Source: Psammoneis japonica (Eukaryota). Taken from it: 64,000 nucleotides of DNA. The notes under the pieces are model-generated. The model was not told where the DNA came from. It made no database searches and saw only the letters and a list, made by a program, of their open reading frames with translations. Position numbers and translations under genes: made by a program. Shown here piece by piece: positions 35,540 to 49,095 of the stretch (position 1 is the first letter of the stretch; every line of letters starts with the position of its first letter). The stretch spans positions 124,001 to 188,000 of the forward strand of contig QPGO01000012.1 of NCBI GenBank assembly GCA_008632985.1, given 5' to 3'.

Positions 35540-37930
35540 TAAAATTTTGCTTGACAGCCAAGTTGAAGTTGAAGCCATGAGAATGACTGTCAACTTCTCG
35601 AGGATGACTAGATGGACTGCACCACACGACCTTCGTTCACGTCCCCAGCTCTTGGAGCAGAAGCCAACCAACACCACCAAGAGAGTGTTCAAAACACAAA
35701 ATCCAAACACTGTCAAAAGCCTCACACAACTCTCGCTGCATTGTTTGGAGGATGATGTGGTGCACAGCACTCCTCCACCCCTGTCCTTGGCTCGAGAGCC
35801 AAGATTTGAGCACTCCTCTCTGTGTCCCCCCCCCCTGCCTGTGGCCTGTCCGAACATTGGGGTGAGAGGCAGTTTTTGCAGGAAAGACAGGCAATGTTGC
35901 AGCATAAGATGCACCAACGATTGTGGACAATGTGGCAAATTTGCACTTGTGTCCTGGGTTGAGTGTTGAGGGCCTCCTTGCTGTGGTGTGTGCTCACAAT
36001 TTTCAGCTTCTGCACCCGGTTGAGACAGCAGCGGTGCTCACAATTTTCAGCTTCTGCACCCGGTTGACACAGCAATGGTGGTCAACAGCATTGGGGAATG
36101 TGTTTGTGATCCATGCAGTGAGTTTGGAGTGAGTGAGATCAAATTTGGGCCAGTCGACAAGGTGCAAAACTCCAACACAAAAGCAAGGAAGTCACGGCAC
36201 GACACTCAAGAGAGGGGAGAAGAGGTGTCGCTCAAAGGCGCAAAAGCCAAGAAGTCATCAGTGATCCAAGAATGCAGGCCAGAAAGTCATCAGGAATCCA
36301 AAGATGTGTCTTGTGTGTTGGCAGATTGTGGCAAACAAGCCAGCTGGATGAGGGCCAAAGAAACAATCTCTGGAAGGCATTGCTTTGAAAAGGTGCCAAG
36401 GAGGGTCTTCTGAAAGAGGGTGTGGCAAGGTTGTGTTGGGGTTGTAGAGACCAAGCATGTGACAGTCAACAAGCCATGAAAAAACTCCAACATTGGTCCA
36501 GGAAAATGCAGGCAAGAACACAGCTGAGTGCAGAAGCACAAAAAGGAGTTGTGAAGGAGGTCCACGGCACCATTTCTGAGTCGGGGTGACAGGCAGATGG
36601 CTGCACGGAAACCACAAGAAAGATTGGTGAGCATGTCAGAAGAGAATGTTCAAGCCAGAAATGCAGGTGCTGAATTCTCTGAGGCAGGAGAGCATGCCAA
36701 AAGAGCTGGAGCATCCATCAGGAGACACCGCATTGGAGAAGAACTGACAAGGCAGTCTGGGCAAGCAGTGTGACCACTGTGTAAAACAGAGCATGATCTG
36801 CAAGACTTGGAAGGCAAAGGGACACAACAAAATTGTGGGACAGTGCACAAAGGCCACATGTCACAAGATTGAAAGAGTGATGAAGTTCACAAGGGTCACA
36901 AGGGTCATGAAGGAGTGGGGGGCGTGGCAGCACCATTGGAAGTTCTCAAGTCGATCTTGTTCAACAATGCAAATGAGAAAACATGCTTGCATGTCCAGGT
37001 GGTCAAAGCTTGGAAGCAGTTGGCACTCACTTGTCAAGATGAACCAGGGAAGGTGCTGCAAGATCATTGCAATCAGCTTGTGAGCATTGTTGAGATGGTC
37101 AAAATGTCCTGCAGGCAGGAGCAGAGTTGTCCTGGAAGAAATCACCAGCCAAGAAAGAAGAAAGAAGATCAGGGGAACTGCCTGGTGCATGCCTGTGAGG
37201 AGCTCACATGCAACATCACCCAGTGGCATGGGGGGAGTGCAAGGAACAGATGTGGAGCTGACTGTGTCACGTGGGTCAGGAAAGGGATGGGGTTGGCGGA
37301 GTTGGGGGGCTGGGGTCTTGGCAAGCTGGGGCTGCAGTTTGGTGGAGCAATGGGTGAGTTGGTCAGCAAGTGACTTGGTTGTTGCAAAGCCAAGGCTTTG
37401 CAGGCCCAACTGTGATGGAGTTGAAGTGTGATGGGTCAAGCCGAAATGCGTGGCAGATGTGTTTTTCCAAAAGTGGCGGCAGTGATTGGGGGGCGGCAGA
37501 TGGGGGCTGTTGTGCACAGGTGCACAGGTGGTGCGGGCTTCAGGATGTTAGAAGGAGGACTTGGCAGTTTAAGGCAGGGCCAGCGGGGTGGGGACGGGGT
37601 GTTGCTGATCCGCTCCGAAGAGCAAGTGGTGCGTCAAACAGCCGGGGGCGCCGAAGCAGTGGAGGATGGTGAAGGGGGTGAGGCAGATTCGGGCATCGTT
37701 GAGGGTGGGTGTTACAATAGCTTCGTGTTGGGTTTCATGTGTTCCGTTGAACTTCTGTTTGGTGCTCACGTGGTGTGCCTTGGTAGAAGGGTTGAGAGTT
37801 TCCTCACGGCATCATTGCCTGTCTGGCCGCCCAACCCGGATGTTTGGAACATGAAAAGGAACGAGAACGAACCCGGATGTGTCACTGATGGCTGACAGAG
37901 CTCAAGCATCAACGTCACACTGTTGCCGTG
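35540..37930. mobile_element. Unclassified TA-depleted relic; contains a ~43 bp tandem duplication at 35990-36075
   Basis: Near absence of TA, stop-poor Cys/His-rich ORFs in many frames; no family motif recognised. Confidence 0.5.
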
Positions 37931-38041
37931 CAATTTCAATTTTTGAAGTCGGCACTTCTCGTCTTCTGCGACGCTGTCATTCTTTGCCAACCACTGATTG
38001 GAAACAAGCAACGGCTCTTTAGGAAATGGAAAGGTAATTCA

Positions 38042-40126
38042 ATGGAGATTATAGACGCAAACAAGAATGAGTCGTCCACAACCAGGAAGAGCGCGATAGA
38101 ATATGATCCGGGTAGTCCCTCGTCTCTGTCCTCATTTAATTTCCCAAACAATGTCAGTAAAAAGAAGCAACTCTCACAATTGCCCAATGAATTTCTCAGT
38201 GAAGACCCGACAAGACCACTAAAATACATCGATGACCATGGAGAACATTACAAATACGCCTTGAAGCCCATGTTTTATTCCGTCATTTTCATTCTCATGG
38301 TGGAGCTGCTGGAGCGATTCTCGTTTTACGGGATCAACTACACACAAGCATCGTACTTGACGGGGGCATACGACAAGCACTGGAACGCCGACATGGAAGC
38401 TGTGGAGGCTTCTAGTTATGTTTCTGTTTCGACTGCGATTGCATACACGGCTCCCTTCCTCGGGGCCTTTTTAGCGGACACAATACTTGGCGAATTCAGG
38501 GCGATTCTTTTGGGGTCGCTCGTCTTGTACCTGCCGGGCCTCCTTTGATCGCCATGACGACAGTTCCTGGATTGTTGGGAGATACATTTAATAAGACGGC
38601 ACTTCGAATTGGATTGCTGGTGCTCTGGCCGATTGGTACTGGCATTGTCAAGTCGGTTGTAAATGTGTTTGGTGCAAAACAACATCATCCGATTTTGCAG
38701 GCTTCGCTGATTGAATCTTATTATGTCAATTTCTACATGTGCATCAATATTGGGGCCTTGGCGGGAGGTATCATTGTCCCAATCATGGCTCAACATAACA
38801 TCACCCTTGCCTACTTTATTCCGGTGGTAATTTTGAGCTGCGGGGTGGCGTGTTTTGTAGCTGGGTCTTCTCGTTATGTGAGAGCCAGACCACATGGTGA
38901 TTTGTTCTCCAAGGACTCGGACCCATCGGATAACGGTCTTGGTCTCTCAGTCATTGCCCGTGTTTCCATGTTGATTGTTCCCTTTAATATTGCGTACAGC
39001 CAAATGGCAACCACCTTTATCGTGCAGGGAACTGTGATGAAACGAGCGTTTGGGTTCATTGATGCGGCCTCCATGAACAATGCAGATGCCGTCAGCGTTT
39101 TGCTTTTCGGGTATCTTGTTGGTAACAATTTTATCCTGCCTTGGCCAAGAGAGGAATCAAGCTTTCAACGACTCATAAGTTTTCTATTGGAAGTGTTTTG
39201 GGAACCATGGCGATTGGATGGGCGCTAATGGTGGAGTATAAAATTCATGCAGCATATGAAAGTCGCGGCGAAAAAGTGAACATTCTGTGGCAGTCGTTGG
39301 CTTACATTCTGATTGGCGCCGGAGAGATATTTGCCGTTTCAGCGGCATATGAAACAGCCTTTACCGTCGCTCCAGTGAAGAAAAAAGCATTGGCGAGCGC
39401 TGTGAACTTGTTTTCGTAGGTGGGATTCCAAACATTTTGTGTATTGGTCTTTACAATATATGTCACGTCTGGTTTAAAACAAAAGGGGAAACGCAAACAT
39501 AACGGATTTGCATGACTATGCTACTGCTCAAGTCGCCAAGTACTTTTGGGTTCTTTTGGCATTGCGCTCTTTGGAGTCATTATTAATCTGCTGCCTTTTG
39601 TACGAAACTGGGTCGCGTCTGTTGAAGAAATCGCTTCGGAAGCCATCAAGACTCCCATGTCGACTCCTCGCTCGACGCCGAAATTGCAGCAGCGACGGAA
39701 GAACGACAAATGGATAATGAAGACGACGAGGAAGAGCCATTGCTACAGGCGGCCAAAAAGCATCAAGATTACCTCAAGTATGGAAGCGGTCCGGTCCTGT
39801 ACAAGCACGGATCCATGAGGGCAGGTATGTTCAACAAAATGGTAAAACCAAAGCCTGTGTCCCTGACGAGGTATCAAAAGTATTTGAAGTATGGAAAAGG
39901 ACCGGTGCTTTACAAAGCAAGTTCAATGAGGGCGGGCGTCGAGCTTGCCCATCCTCACGAAGCGAGTAGGCCATCGAGAACTCCGCCACGAACGCCACCG
40001 AGATCTGCGGAACCACCGACCAAGCGAGAGAAAGGAAGAAGGCGGATCACTGCTGGTGTGAAATATCTACTCATAGAAACCGCCTGCTATTCTTTAGTTT
40101 CCCCAGACAAGATAATAGAATGTTAG
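38042..40126 (+). CDS. POT/PTR (NPF) proton-coupled peptide/nitrate transporter, split by several indels
   Basis: ELLERFSFYG (ExxER motif), GAFLAD.ILG, GTGIVKS, FYMCINIGAL, WQSLAYILIGAGEIF. Confidence 0.88.
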
Positions 40127-40729
40127 ATATTTTTATGGAGCTGTTTGCATAAAGCGGTACATCTACAGTGTAGCATGTCAACGAAGCCTACTAGAGACCA
40201 TCGGAATCCATCAATGACCTGCTAGTAGCAATGGCACAGTGACGGCGCATGTTGAACATTTCACCCACGAACGTCGTAAAATCTATCTAAAGTAGTTAAT
40301 GTAATTGTTCTACCGACACCACTAGTAGCAACGGTTTCGGTATCATCTAGTAGAGGTCAGCCCTATCAGAGGCGTTGAAGCGTTGTCCTCCAGCCTGAGT
40401 TAACATGCTCTCAGTGAGGCGAAGGCGGCTTCCTGATCGGACAATGTGGCCGTACTCTTCGTACTCGAAGAGTTCGTTCTCTTTCTCCATTTGACGGATT
40501 CTGGCGACATCCGCCTCCACGACCTTGCCATCCGCATGCATAAGTACCACACTACCAAGACCAGTGAATAAATCCACAGTGTAATCGACCTGTGATCCAA
40601 CCTTGACACCGGTTTTGAGGTAAACAATCGATGGGAGCTCCTTGATAACGTCGAACCCAGGGGTGCTCTTGACTTTTCCACGCGAAAATGAGACTAGGAT
40701 AACTTCTTGGGCCTGAAGCTTTGAAGGGA
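40073..40729 (-). repeat. Direct duplicate of the 3' end and downstream flank of the ATP-grasp gene (55168-55809)
   Basis: QEVILVSFSRGKVKSTPGFDVIKELP...SDRADLY* is nearly identical in both places. Confidence 0.93.
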
Positions 40730-41357
40730 TTCCAAGCCACAATGGAGTTGCTGTTGTCGCTCTTGAGGAACGCGAACACATGAACGTGGACAACGCATCC
40801 CACCATCCCGAAAGCATGCAAGAAGTCTAAGTCGCTCCCATGTGACAAATTGGTGGAAGCGATTGTCACGAATGATCGTTAACCACCATAATTTGTTTCT
40901 GTCTGGTGTCTGAACCAAGCCTTACTGTGGCTAAGCTGTAAACTAACTCTGCCATATGCTATTTGGACGTACGTGGAGCCATTTATTCATTTCGCAAGAG
41001 ACCATTCGGGGATGTCCAAATGCACCTGGGAGTCAATCGACAATAGCACTCCCCTGAATCGGTAATTTATGGATGGCAGAGGCAGTTCGTTAGTCCTTGC
41101 GTCAAGATTGTCGCTGGCGAGCCGAACGAATTGGGAAATGGATGGATTGTGTCACAGTTCGTTCATTTCTCGCATTCCAATACTAGCTAGGCTGTTGCAG
41201 TCATTGGCCGGGACACACCTTATCTACACTACAAAACCCAAAGTTACTTCAGGAAAATATGCATAGCGTCTAGGGTCGAATCGGTCTCTTGAAAGAATGA
41301 TACAGTTAGGGCTCGGGTCGCATCTTACCTTGACTAGATTGGATTGTCTATAAAAGA

Positions 41358-42293
41358 CTAGGAGTGCTTTGACTGTTTAGCATGAGCCTTGGTTGTCTTG
41401 GAGGACTTAGCTGTCTTGGAGGACTTAGCTGTCTTGGGGGACTTAGCTGCCTTGGAGGACTTAGCTGTCTTGGAGGACTTATTCTCACAATTCTCTCCGG
41501 TGAAGCCAGGGTGACAGTGGCAGGTGTAACCATTCACTCCATCTTCACACGCTCCTCCATTCAGGCATGGGTTCGACAAACACTCGTCAATGTCAATCTC
41601 ACAAAACGTTCCAGTGTAGCCAGGTTCACAGTTGCAGGTGTAGCCATTCACTCCATCTACACACTCTCCATTCTGGCATGGGCTCGACGCACACTCGTCA
41701 ATGTCAATCTCGCAAGACGTTCCAGTGTATCCAGGGTCACAGTTGCAGGTGTAGCTGTTCACTCCATTTACACACTCTCCATTCAGGCATGGGCTCGACG
41801 CACACTCGTCAATGTCAGTCTCGCAAGACGTTCCAGTGTAGCCAGGGTCACAGTTGCAGGTGTAGCTATTCACTCCATTTACACACAATCCATTCAGGCA
41901 TGGGCTCGATGCACACTCGTCAATGTCAGTCTCGCAAGACGTTCCAGCGTAGCCAGGGTCACAGTTGCAGGTGTAGCCATTCACTCCATTTACACACACT
42001 CCATTCAGGCATGGGCTCGACGCACACTCGTCAATGTCAATCTCACATAAAGTTCCAGTGTATCCAGGGTCACAGTTGCAGGTGAAGCTGTTCACTCCAT
42101 TTACACACTCTCCATTCAGGCATGGGCTTGACTCACACGCGTCCATTTCACTCGTCTTGGGAAACACGAGGAGCCTCGGTTTCGTGGAAGGGGGCTTCGC
42201 CAAATCCTTCATTCGCATGCCAAGATGGGCCGTCGCCGCCGAAGGAAGAAGAAGAGCCGCCGTGAAGAGGAGAAAGTGGCTTGGACGTGTCAT
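41358..42293 (-). CDS. Secreted protein: signal peptide, RxL motif, six tandem Notch/fibropellin-like EGF repeats, Lys/Ser-rich KxxK tail
   Basis: [36 protein letters not shown] repeats (111 bp unit); tail [31 protein letters not shown] from an 18 bp tandem repeat at ~41392-41480. Confidence 0.93.
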   Translation of the reverse strand: MTRPSHFLLFTAALLLPSAATAHLGMRMKDLAKPPSTKPRLLVFPKTSEMDACESSPCLNGECVNGVNSFTCNCDPGYTGTLCEIDIDECASSPCLNGVCVNGVNGYTCNCDPGYAGTSCETDIDECASSPCLNGLCVNGVNSYTCNCDPGYTGTSCETDIDECASSPCLNGECVNGVNSYTCNCDPGYTGTSCEIDIDECASSPCQNGECVDGVNGYTCNCEPGYTGTFCEIDIDECLSNPCLNGGACEDGVNGYTCHCHPGFTGENCENKSSKTAKSSKAAKSPKTAKSSKTAKSSKTTKAHAKQSKHS

Positions 42294-42529
42294 GGATTGG
42301 ATGTGAAAGAAAGTTAGTTGCAGATTGTTTCGATGTTTGTGTGATTTCAGAATTGCGTGATTCCAGATTGTTGCGCTGCGGCGCGCAAAAACCCGGTACC
42401 TGAGTGTAGCACGAGCACTCTCTTTAGCTGCTGCATGGTAGATTAGCAGGGCCTCTCAAGCTAGAGAGCAGCTAAGCTCTAGCTACAGTAGAGCTCGAGA
42501 GTAGAGAGTAACATGCTGTAGAGTGTTTC

Positions 42530-45500
42530 CCGAATGTGCATTTTGGTTGGACACAGGCACGTTCCCACCCTGATGATTTCGAATTTACGGTTTACGGGCG
42601 TCAGGCTGGGAATGAATTCGAGCAGCAAAAAAGATCAAAATCACATGTCGAGCTCGGCCAGCACAGCACCACATTGTTTGCAACACTCTCTGCTGAAGCT
42701 GGAGTGACACCACAACCTTGTCGGTGACAATTGTTGTCCATTTTGCAATTGCTCTGCGGCAACTCGAGCTCATGATGACACCAGCAAAGGTCAGAAGGAA
42801 AGCATCCAATGTCCAATCCACTGGCAAGGCACACAAAACAATGGTGCACAGCAAGACCACAGCATGCAAAGCTGCCAAATGAAATTTTCACACCATGCAA
42901 GGTGCCAAAAGGTGCCAGACTTAAACTCTTGTGGCTTGGCAATGGCCCAAATCCATTTCAAAGAGCAACAAACACAGAGCAAGTCACAGAGAAGGGCTGC
43001 ACACAACAGAGTGAGGCACTGCAAGGCACACCACTGACACTGTCATGCAAAAAATTGACCCCCACCACCGCCATTGTCCTGACTTGTCACAAGGTCAATG
43101 AAACAAGCACGCACAGCTTTCTTCATTGTCACAATTCTGTCACCACAGAGCACAAGCCTTGTTGTTGTTGATGTGACCAAAATTCTTGTGTTCTTGACTC
43201 TTGGTGCCATCAATCAAATAACAACCTGGAGCACACACCAAAGAATCACCTCAATGTGACATCAGATCACACAGTCCCGTGACCATTCCACATCAAGTCT
43301 GCAGACGCACGCATGGTTTGTGAAGAATCCCAATGCAAAATCTGAACAAGAGAAAGGAAAACATCAAAAATGCCATTGGTCAACATGGTTGTCACAAGCC
43401 ACAACAACAACAACAAATCAAAATTCTGACAACTTGGTCATGTCAAGAGCAGTCTTGTTGACCTGCGACTGCATTCTTGCCTTCGCAGATGGGACGGTCA
43501 TTCATGTGTAAACGGGTCAATTCATGGCAGCCATCATGGTTGTCATGTTGTGCAGATCAGAGAAAGATAAATGGGTGAGCTTGTGATGTGGCATGTTTGA
43601 GCTCCCAAAATGCCAAACTTGCCGTGAAAATCACAAAAAAAATTTACGATGACCAATCCTCATAATTTGCTGGCAATTTTGGCTGCAAATTGATGGACAG
43701 AAAACAGACTTGCATTTTTCTTGTGCAAGAGTTTCCACAGGAATTTTGTGCAGCAGAATGAAATTGTGTTCATTTTGCAGCCAAAGCCATCAGGGTGGGA
43801 ATGGGCCCAAAAGCAGTCTCCATGAGAAAGTGCACCAGAGCCACAGACTCCAGGTCAGCAGTCTTAGAAAATCAAACCAGGCCCATTTTATCTTCCAAAG
43901 CTGCTGCTTGCTGTGCAAATTTCTGTGTGCAGTTCAGCAGGGGGACAACCAGCTGGAGTGATTCGACCAAAACATCTTTTTTCTCTTTTGTCAGCCATCC
44001 GAATTTCTTTTGCTTTTTGTTTTGACAGAAATGCCTCGCGGGCCATCATGGTGAGTGCACCATTTTGACGTCATCAGCATTGATGTGGGAGATTGCATCA
44101 TTGCACAAACATCTCTGGTGTCCCTGTCAGAAGGAGTCTGTGGCATCACACAACTTCCCAGTTTTGGCTTGCTTGAGAGTGGGTCATCTTGGCACCTCTC
44201 ACTCTCTCTCTCTCTCTGCAAGCATCACTTTGCTGTTTGCTGCCACAAAGGTGCCCAAGACCTCACTGGCAGAGGCTCATGACAAGAATCATTCATTTGC
44301 TGAATGACTTGAGATCTGCAAAGGTGACTTTGATGGTGTTGTCCCCAGAAAAATTGCCTGGGAGTGGGTCACAACAGAGGGATCAAGCAGCTCCTCCTCT
44401 GCATCCCTGGCATGCTCCACTTCAGCAAATTCCCACAATTTGACTGCACATCATTTCTTGTTGCATGCAGGCAGCACTGCAGAGAGAAAACAGAAGAAGC
44501 TCACAGCATGCTGAAGACAAGTGTTGACATTTGCCATGCAACACCAGCAACAGCTGCTCATGAGAAGTGCACATGCCTTGGTGAAGGCCAGGTCCTTTGC
44601 AATGACAGAGAGCTTAGATGCTGCAAATGGAACAAAGCAGTTGAAGTGCAAAATTCAATGTCTTCATTTCCTGCACCTGAGAGAGCTGACTCTTTCACTT
44701 CCAAAGCACAAGCTGTGCTGCGGTCTCTCCCCACATGCACCAGAGTTAAGTCCAGCTACAAATGAGCTGCCACCAACCCTTGCTGCTTTGTGCAACAAGC
44801 AGACAAAGCTCTGTCCATCACAAGAGGCTCTTGATAAAACAGCAAAGCTGGTGGTGGAAGGCTGTGCACCAGCTGCCCATTTTCTTTGAGCCTTGCTGGC
44901 ACAGAAGTCCACCTCATCACTGCAGGAGACTGTGTTTGAGAGCACTCTGCCATCAGAGTTGGAGAAGAGACTGTTGCAGTTGACCTGCCAATGGTGCTTG
45001 CCCGCTCCCAAGTGCACACACTCTAGTGCAATGAAGAAGCCAGCCATTGACACACAACAAAGAGCAAGCTGCTGCACATCCTGCACCACACAACAAAGCA
45101 CACCAAAGGTGCAGACAGCACTGCAAAACACTGAAGACAGCCTGCAGTGCAGATGGCAGACTGTCATTGCTGCAAGATTGGTGCACCATCAACAACAAGA
45201 GGCAGAAAGGATGGATGAGCTTCAGGAGACTGGCTCTTCTAGAGAGTGCACAGTTGTTTCTAATGAGACAGTCATCAGAAAGTTGTGGTTGCCACTGTGC
45301 TTTTCCTTGTGATGGAGAGCAGCAGGGCCCCTGAGTCCTGGCAGAGCATGCTGATGGAAGATGAGCAACTCAGGGGTGAGACAAGGGCAGGCACCAGCCT
45401 TTTGGCTGGTTTGGCACCTGATCATGTGTGCCACAACAAACAATGCAACAAATGATGCGCCACAATCTGTGTGTGCAGTGTGTCAATTTGCTCAGCTCAG

Positions 45501-48500
45501 GTGCTGAGTCAAGCAAGCAACTGGCTGAGCATGTGTTGTTCATTTGAGTGCAAGAATGGTGGCTGGTGTGTTTCCCATGAAAGGGTGCAGTGTTTGGCAC
45601 AGTGTTTCTGTTGTGTGTTTTCAAAGTGGCTGGGCTTTGATTGCAACAGATGTCAACTGATCCCCACTCAGTGCTCCCTTTGACACTGCTCTTGTCTTTT
45701 GTTGGGTGTTGTGCTGCCTCCGACTTCACAAAAAAAAGAGAAAATGGGGCTCAAATTTCCTCTTGGTTGTGTGGCATTGCACTTGTGCTCATGAATGAAG
45801 GAAGTGCTCTCGTGGTCGAGCAAGTCAATCTTGTAAAACTGGGCTGGTTTAATTTTCCTGATCACTCCACAGCAGGTGCTGCAGTTTTCTGCAGCAGCAA
45901 AATCAACAGCTTTGCCCAATTGGACCATGGTGGTCAAGTGGTCATCAACATCATGACAAAAAAGTGTCATCAACACAACACATGCGACTCCTCACAATGC
46001 ACCAATGAAGTTGCTCTCTGCATTTTAACTGGCGAAACAGTGTGGATCAATGGCCCATTCAAGCCTGGCATTTGGAACAATCTTGTGATTTTTCAATCAG
46101 TGTTGAAGACTGAACTTGAAGAGGAGGAACATGTGGAAGCTGATGATGGATGCATGGGTGAGGCTCCGATGGATGCAAAGTGCCCAATGAGTGTTGCTCA
46201 TCCCAGAAAAAATGAGGCAATGCAGCAGCACATGCACATTCAACAGGAAACCATCATTGAAGGTGCAGCATGTGACTGTCATGTGCATGTCTGCAATTGT
46301 GTGTTGCTCACATGTCAATTGCACCACAGTCGTGGATGCGTGCAAAGGACAGAACCATCACACAGAGTTGATCAGGAGTCAAAAACTGCAACTGCGATTG
46401 ATGGACAAAGTTGACATCTCACACATCAATGCCAATGGCATTTGGACCATCTGTTGTCAGCCACAATTGTGTTCTCCAAAAGGCCTTTTGTCTGCAGAAG
46501 CAGCACAGAAGCTCTGGGCCACTGAGAACTCATTCGGAGAAACCAAAAATCACAGAGCAAAATTTGATCTCACAATTTTCACTTTTTGCATTTTGTTCTG
46601 CTTTTGTTCACACTTGTTCTTCAAGCACAGTGCAAAGGCTTTAAGAATTGGGAGATGCTGAACAAGAAGAAGTTCAGCTGCCATCCCCTCTCCAATCTCT
46701 AAGAAGAAGCACGCTGATGTTTTCAGGGCAGTTGTGCTCTCCTTTTTCAGAAGAACTGCTTCTGTTCCAAAACCATTGCTGGCAGCAACAAGAACAAATG
46801 CTGCAGCAGCAGTCATCATCATCCAGAAATGCTGTGAGTGTCACACTCTAGAGTTGTGAATGAAGGAAAAACTGACGGGCACCAAAATTTGCCAGATTTG
46901 GCTGCAACCAGCTGCATTGTTGATTGCAAAAACCAGGGTTGCACAAATCTGTTTGCAATTTGCATCTGATGCCCTGATCAAAATTTTTCAGTTTTGTTTT
47001 GCACCCAAAGAATGAAATTTTGAGCTCTGAGGGTGGGCCAGTTGATGAAAAGTTTGTGCATTGACAACCCAAATTACAAATGCCAGGGTGCACTGACAAA
47101 AGCTTCTAATTTTGCTGTTTTGTTGACACTTGGACCAAGATCACTGAAAAAGATCCACTCCACATCCTTCACTGTGTGTGCTCTGCACTTGAACAAACAC
47201 AGAATTCAGCCAAAATTCAGCTTCAGACAGTTGACTTTTTTGCCAAAACTGCCATTTCCCATGGAGCCACATTGCCATTTGCCAAAAAATGCCATGAGCA
47301 AACAAGATCAATCTTTCCTGGAGTTTTTGCTTTTCTCCATTCCAGGTGACCTCTCTGCAGCCATTTGGAAAGATGAGCAAAATGACAAGCACCACCAGAT
47401 CTTTCACAAGACACTGCAAAAAGAGCCAACCACCAGCGCCGGCCACATCACCCACCATGGCAAGCAACACGCAAGCAAAACACCTGAAGAGGCTGGTCAC
47501 AGGCCCACAACAAGCCCTTGTGATGATGTTGTGAGACAATGAGCTCACTTCATCTGACATGGGGAAAGAATTGTCCTCCAATGGATCAAAAAATCACACA
47601 AACCAAAGCCTGTGAAAGCAGCAGTTTGTCTTGACAAGTGCATCTGCCAGTGCATTCCTGCCAAGGAAGGGAGACAAAAGGAGCCTGCACCCAGAATCTC
47701 CAGCCGCAAAAACACCACATTCCACATTGGGCCCAAAACCATCATTCAATTTTGGGACAGCATTGACAGAAATGGTGGCCAAAGGGTGAGGGGTCTGTGA
47801 CAAGCTGTCGGTTGCTGGCTGGTGCTTTTCTTCTCAAGATGTGCCAGAAAATGCATTGCAGCAATGTGGGCAAACATGTGTTTTCTTCTGTTCATTTGTC
47901 GTGTGTTGTTCCAACCAATGAAGCTTGCTTCAACATGTCAAACAGCAGAGTGAGGGGGGGTCTGCCAGATGAAAAATTGCACCCCAGCTTGCTGAGCAAT
48001 GCTTTGAGGTCAGAAACAATGACGACAATGACCTGTTTTGGCACCTCTTGCTGACAGACTTCTGCCATGGCATGATTGGACTTGCTGCAATGAACAGCAA
48101 GCTCAAGAAGTGCTGCTGTGCATGTGCCAGTGTCTGGGCAACAAATGTCTGCAATTAGATTTTTCTGCATTGCAACATTTCATCCATGCCGGGCTGACAG
48201 TTGGAACACATGCTTGGCATCCCAGCACTGGCAACATCACAATGCCCATCCATGCCTGTGGCAGTTTGGGCTGGCTGTTGGAATGTGTGCTCAATGCTGT
48301 GGGGCACAAAATGTCTGCAATGAGATTTTGCGGCCACTGGCACCCACCACTGTGACATTGTAACTTTCGTCCATGCCCAGGATGCCACATTTTCAATCTT
48401 TGTGCATCTCATTGCAAAATGTTTCCTGGTTTGGGTGAAAAAGGATGAAGCAACAAAGCAACACTGCGTGCTTGTCAAACTTGTTTGTCTCTCACTCTTG

Positions 48501-48740
48501 CCATAGTTGAGTGGACCTTGAGAGAACATCCCAGCCACAGTTTGAGGACTCACCAAACAGGCAGAAGGATGGAACAAAGTTCCAGCTTCAATGCAGAGGT
48601 TGTGCATGCTGGACGCTCTTTTTTTTTTAGTTGCTCAATCAGGATCTTTGTGGCACCCAAAAGCTCTTCAATGTGTCCGATCTTTCCGGTCCATCGGAGG
48701 ATGAATCTTTGTCCGAATTAGACAACTGAGCACAAAAAAA
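42530..48740. mobile_element. Nest of decayed TA-depleted transposons, including a Harbinger/DDE_Tnp_4-like transposase remnant (+, ~45750-46260)
   Basis: EVALCILTGETVWINGPFKPGIWNNLVIF...VEADDGCMGE (ancestral ADDGY.GE); ~6.2 kb almost devoid of TA and CG. Confidence 0.75.
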
Positions 48741-49095
48741 TCACGTGTGGTGCTTCTAGTCAACACGCGACTAACCCCTTATGGGTGGCTGTGGTTGGGG
48801 GGCTCATGGTCGCTAGCTGTTGGCGGTGTTGCAAAAGATCTGGTACTTATTTTACGTTTGTTTCTACGTAGAGGTTCTAGAGAGGTCGAACAGATAATAG
48901 CAGCATTGAGAAAGCAGCAAAAAACTCCGTGTTGAAAGATAGATCTCGTTCGCACGTGACATTTTTTTGGCAAACATCAATAAACAAATAGCGAGGTACG
49001 AGGTAGGGACGGAGACGACTGGTGGAGGAGTCGTCGTCGTTCATGAGAGAGAGGCATAGCGAATCGCCTCCGTTTTGTGTAAACCCGTCGCCGAT

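Noticed and set aside
41382..42085. Long repetitive + strand ORFs, and a possible CRISPR-like array
   Set aside because: Antisense shadows of the EGF coding repeats; there are no unique spacers and the context is eukaryotic.
42530..48740. Dense overlapping Cys/His-rich ORFs in all six frames (also 3.9-9.8, 18.5-26, 29.6-31.2, 35.5-37.9, 54.0-54.9 and 60.8-62.0 kb)
   Set aside because: By-product of TA loss removing TAA/TAG stops and converting Tyr to Cys/His; not real genes or metal-binding proteins.
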